DNA of 64,000 nucleotides from Lytechinus pictus (Eukaryota): NCBI RefSeq assembly GCF_037042905.1, contig NC_087252.1, positions 17,858,001 to 17,922,000 of the forward strand, read 5' to 3'. Shown piece by piece: positions 63,693 to 64,000 of this stretch (position 1 is its first letter; each line of letters starts with the position of its first letter). The notes under the pieces were generated by a model. It saw only the letters and a program-made list of their open reading frames with translations, ran no database searches and was not told where the DNA came from. The position numbers and the translations under genes were made by a program.

Positions 63693-64000
63693 TTCACATA
63701 ATTATACAGAACAAACTTTGTAGATTGTAGAAAGCTGTACTTGTATTATGATCATGATGAAATGATATATTTTCCATGCTGATAACTTCCAAGAAAGTGA
63801 CCAAATATATTAAAATGAATGTACTTTCTGATACTATACAGATTTGAAATCTGCATTGCTTGTTAATATCTTGTTTCATACTTGAATTAAAATTACAAAA
63901 TTTGCTGATGTGAAATATTTTTTTGCATGTGTTTGTTTTTCTTCTCTTGTGCTTTGTTGTTAGACGAATTGATACGATTAAACGCCTTCTATCAACAAAA

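Larger units (their letters stand above)
60826..64000. mobile_element. Candidate Polinton/Maverick left end (extends beyond window)
   Basis: AGTAGT begins where homology to copy A ends, followed by AT-rich AATTATT subrepeats, tandem repeats and an intronless ORF with TATA/Inr. No hallmark polB, integrase or capsid gene within the window. Confidence 0.5.

Noticed and set aside
63940..64000. Acceptor-like pyrimidine tract plus possible exon at the window edge
   Set aside because: Too short to evaluate.

Overview
AT-rich, repeat-dense metazoan genomic DNA, probably echinoderm/sea urchin (inferred from the SINE, foldback and TRIM family types; not proven). The backbone is a ~20 kb tandem segmental duplication (copy A ~17.9-37.4 kb, copy B ~40.7-60.8 kb). 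Each copy starts with a single-coding-exon TRIM gene (RING, B-box1, B-box2, coiled coil, NHL-like beta-propeller). Gene A looks intact (624 aa). Gene B has a CAA>TAA nonsense change near the C-terminus. Downstream of each gene is a highly similar block with two decayed reading frames. By eye, one resembles a gasdermin pore domain followed by a SAM domain, and the other resembles an aerolysin/ETX-type beta-pore hairpin. Both calls are tentative and need profile searches. If they hold, the unit would be a duplicated TRIM plus pore-former immune cassette. Comparing the copies gives filled and empty sites for many insertions: Academ-like foldbacks, a TU-like foldback with nested elements, hAT, Tc1/mariner-like and Harbinger-like MITEs, a SINE and LINE pieces. 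Copy B is cut at 60826 by an AGTAGT-terminated sequence carrying an intronless zinc-finger ORF with TATA/Inr, a candidate Polinton/Maverick left end. The first 17 kb is LTR remnants, a 4.9 kb Academ-like foldback and MITEs. All identities are hand counts or by-eye estimates; no searches were run.
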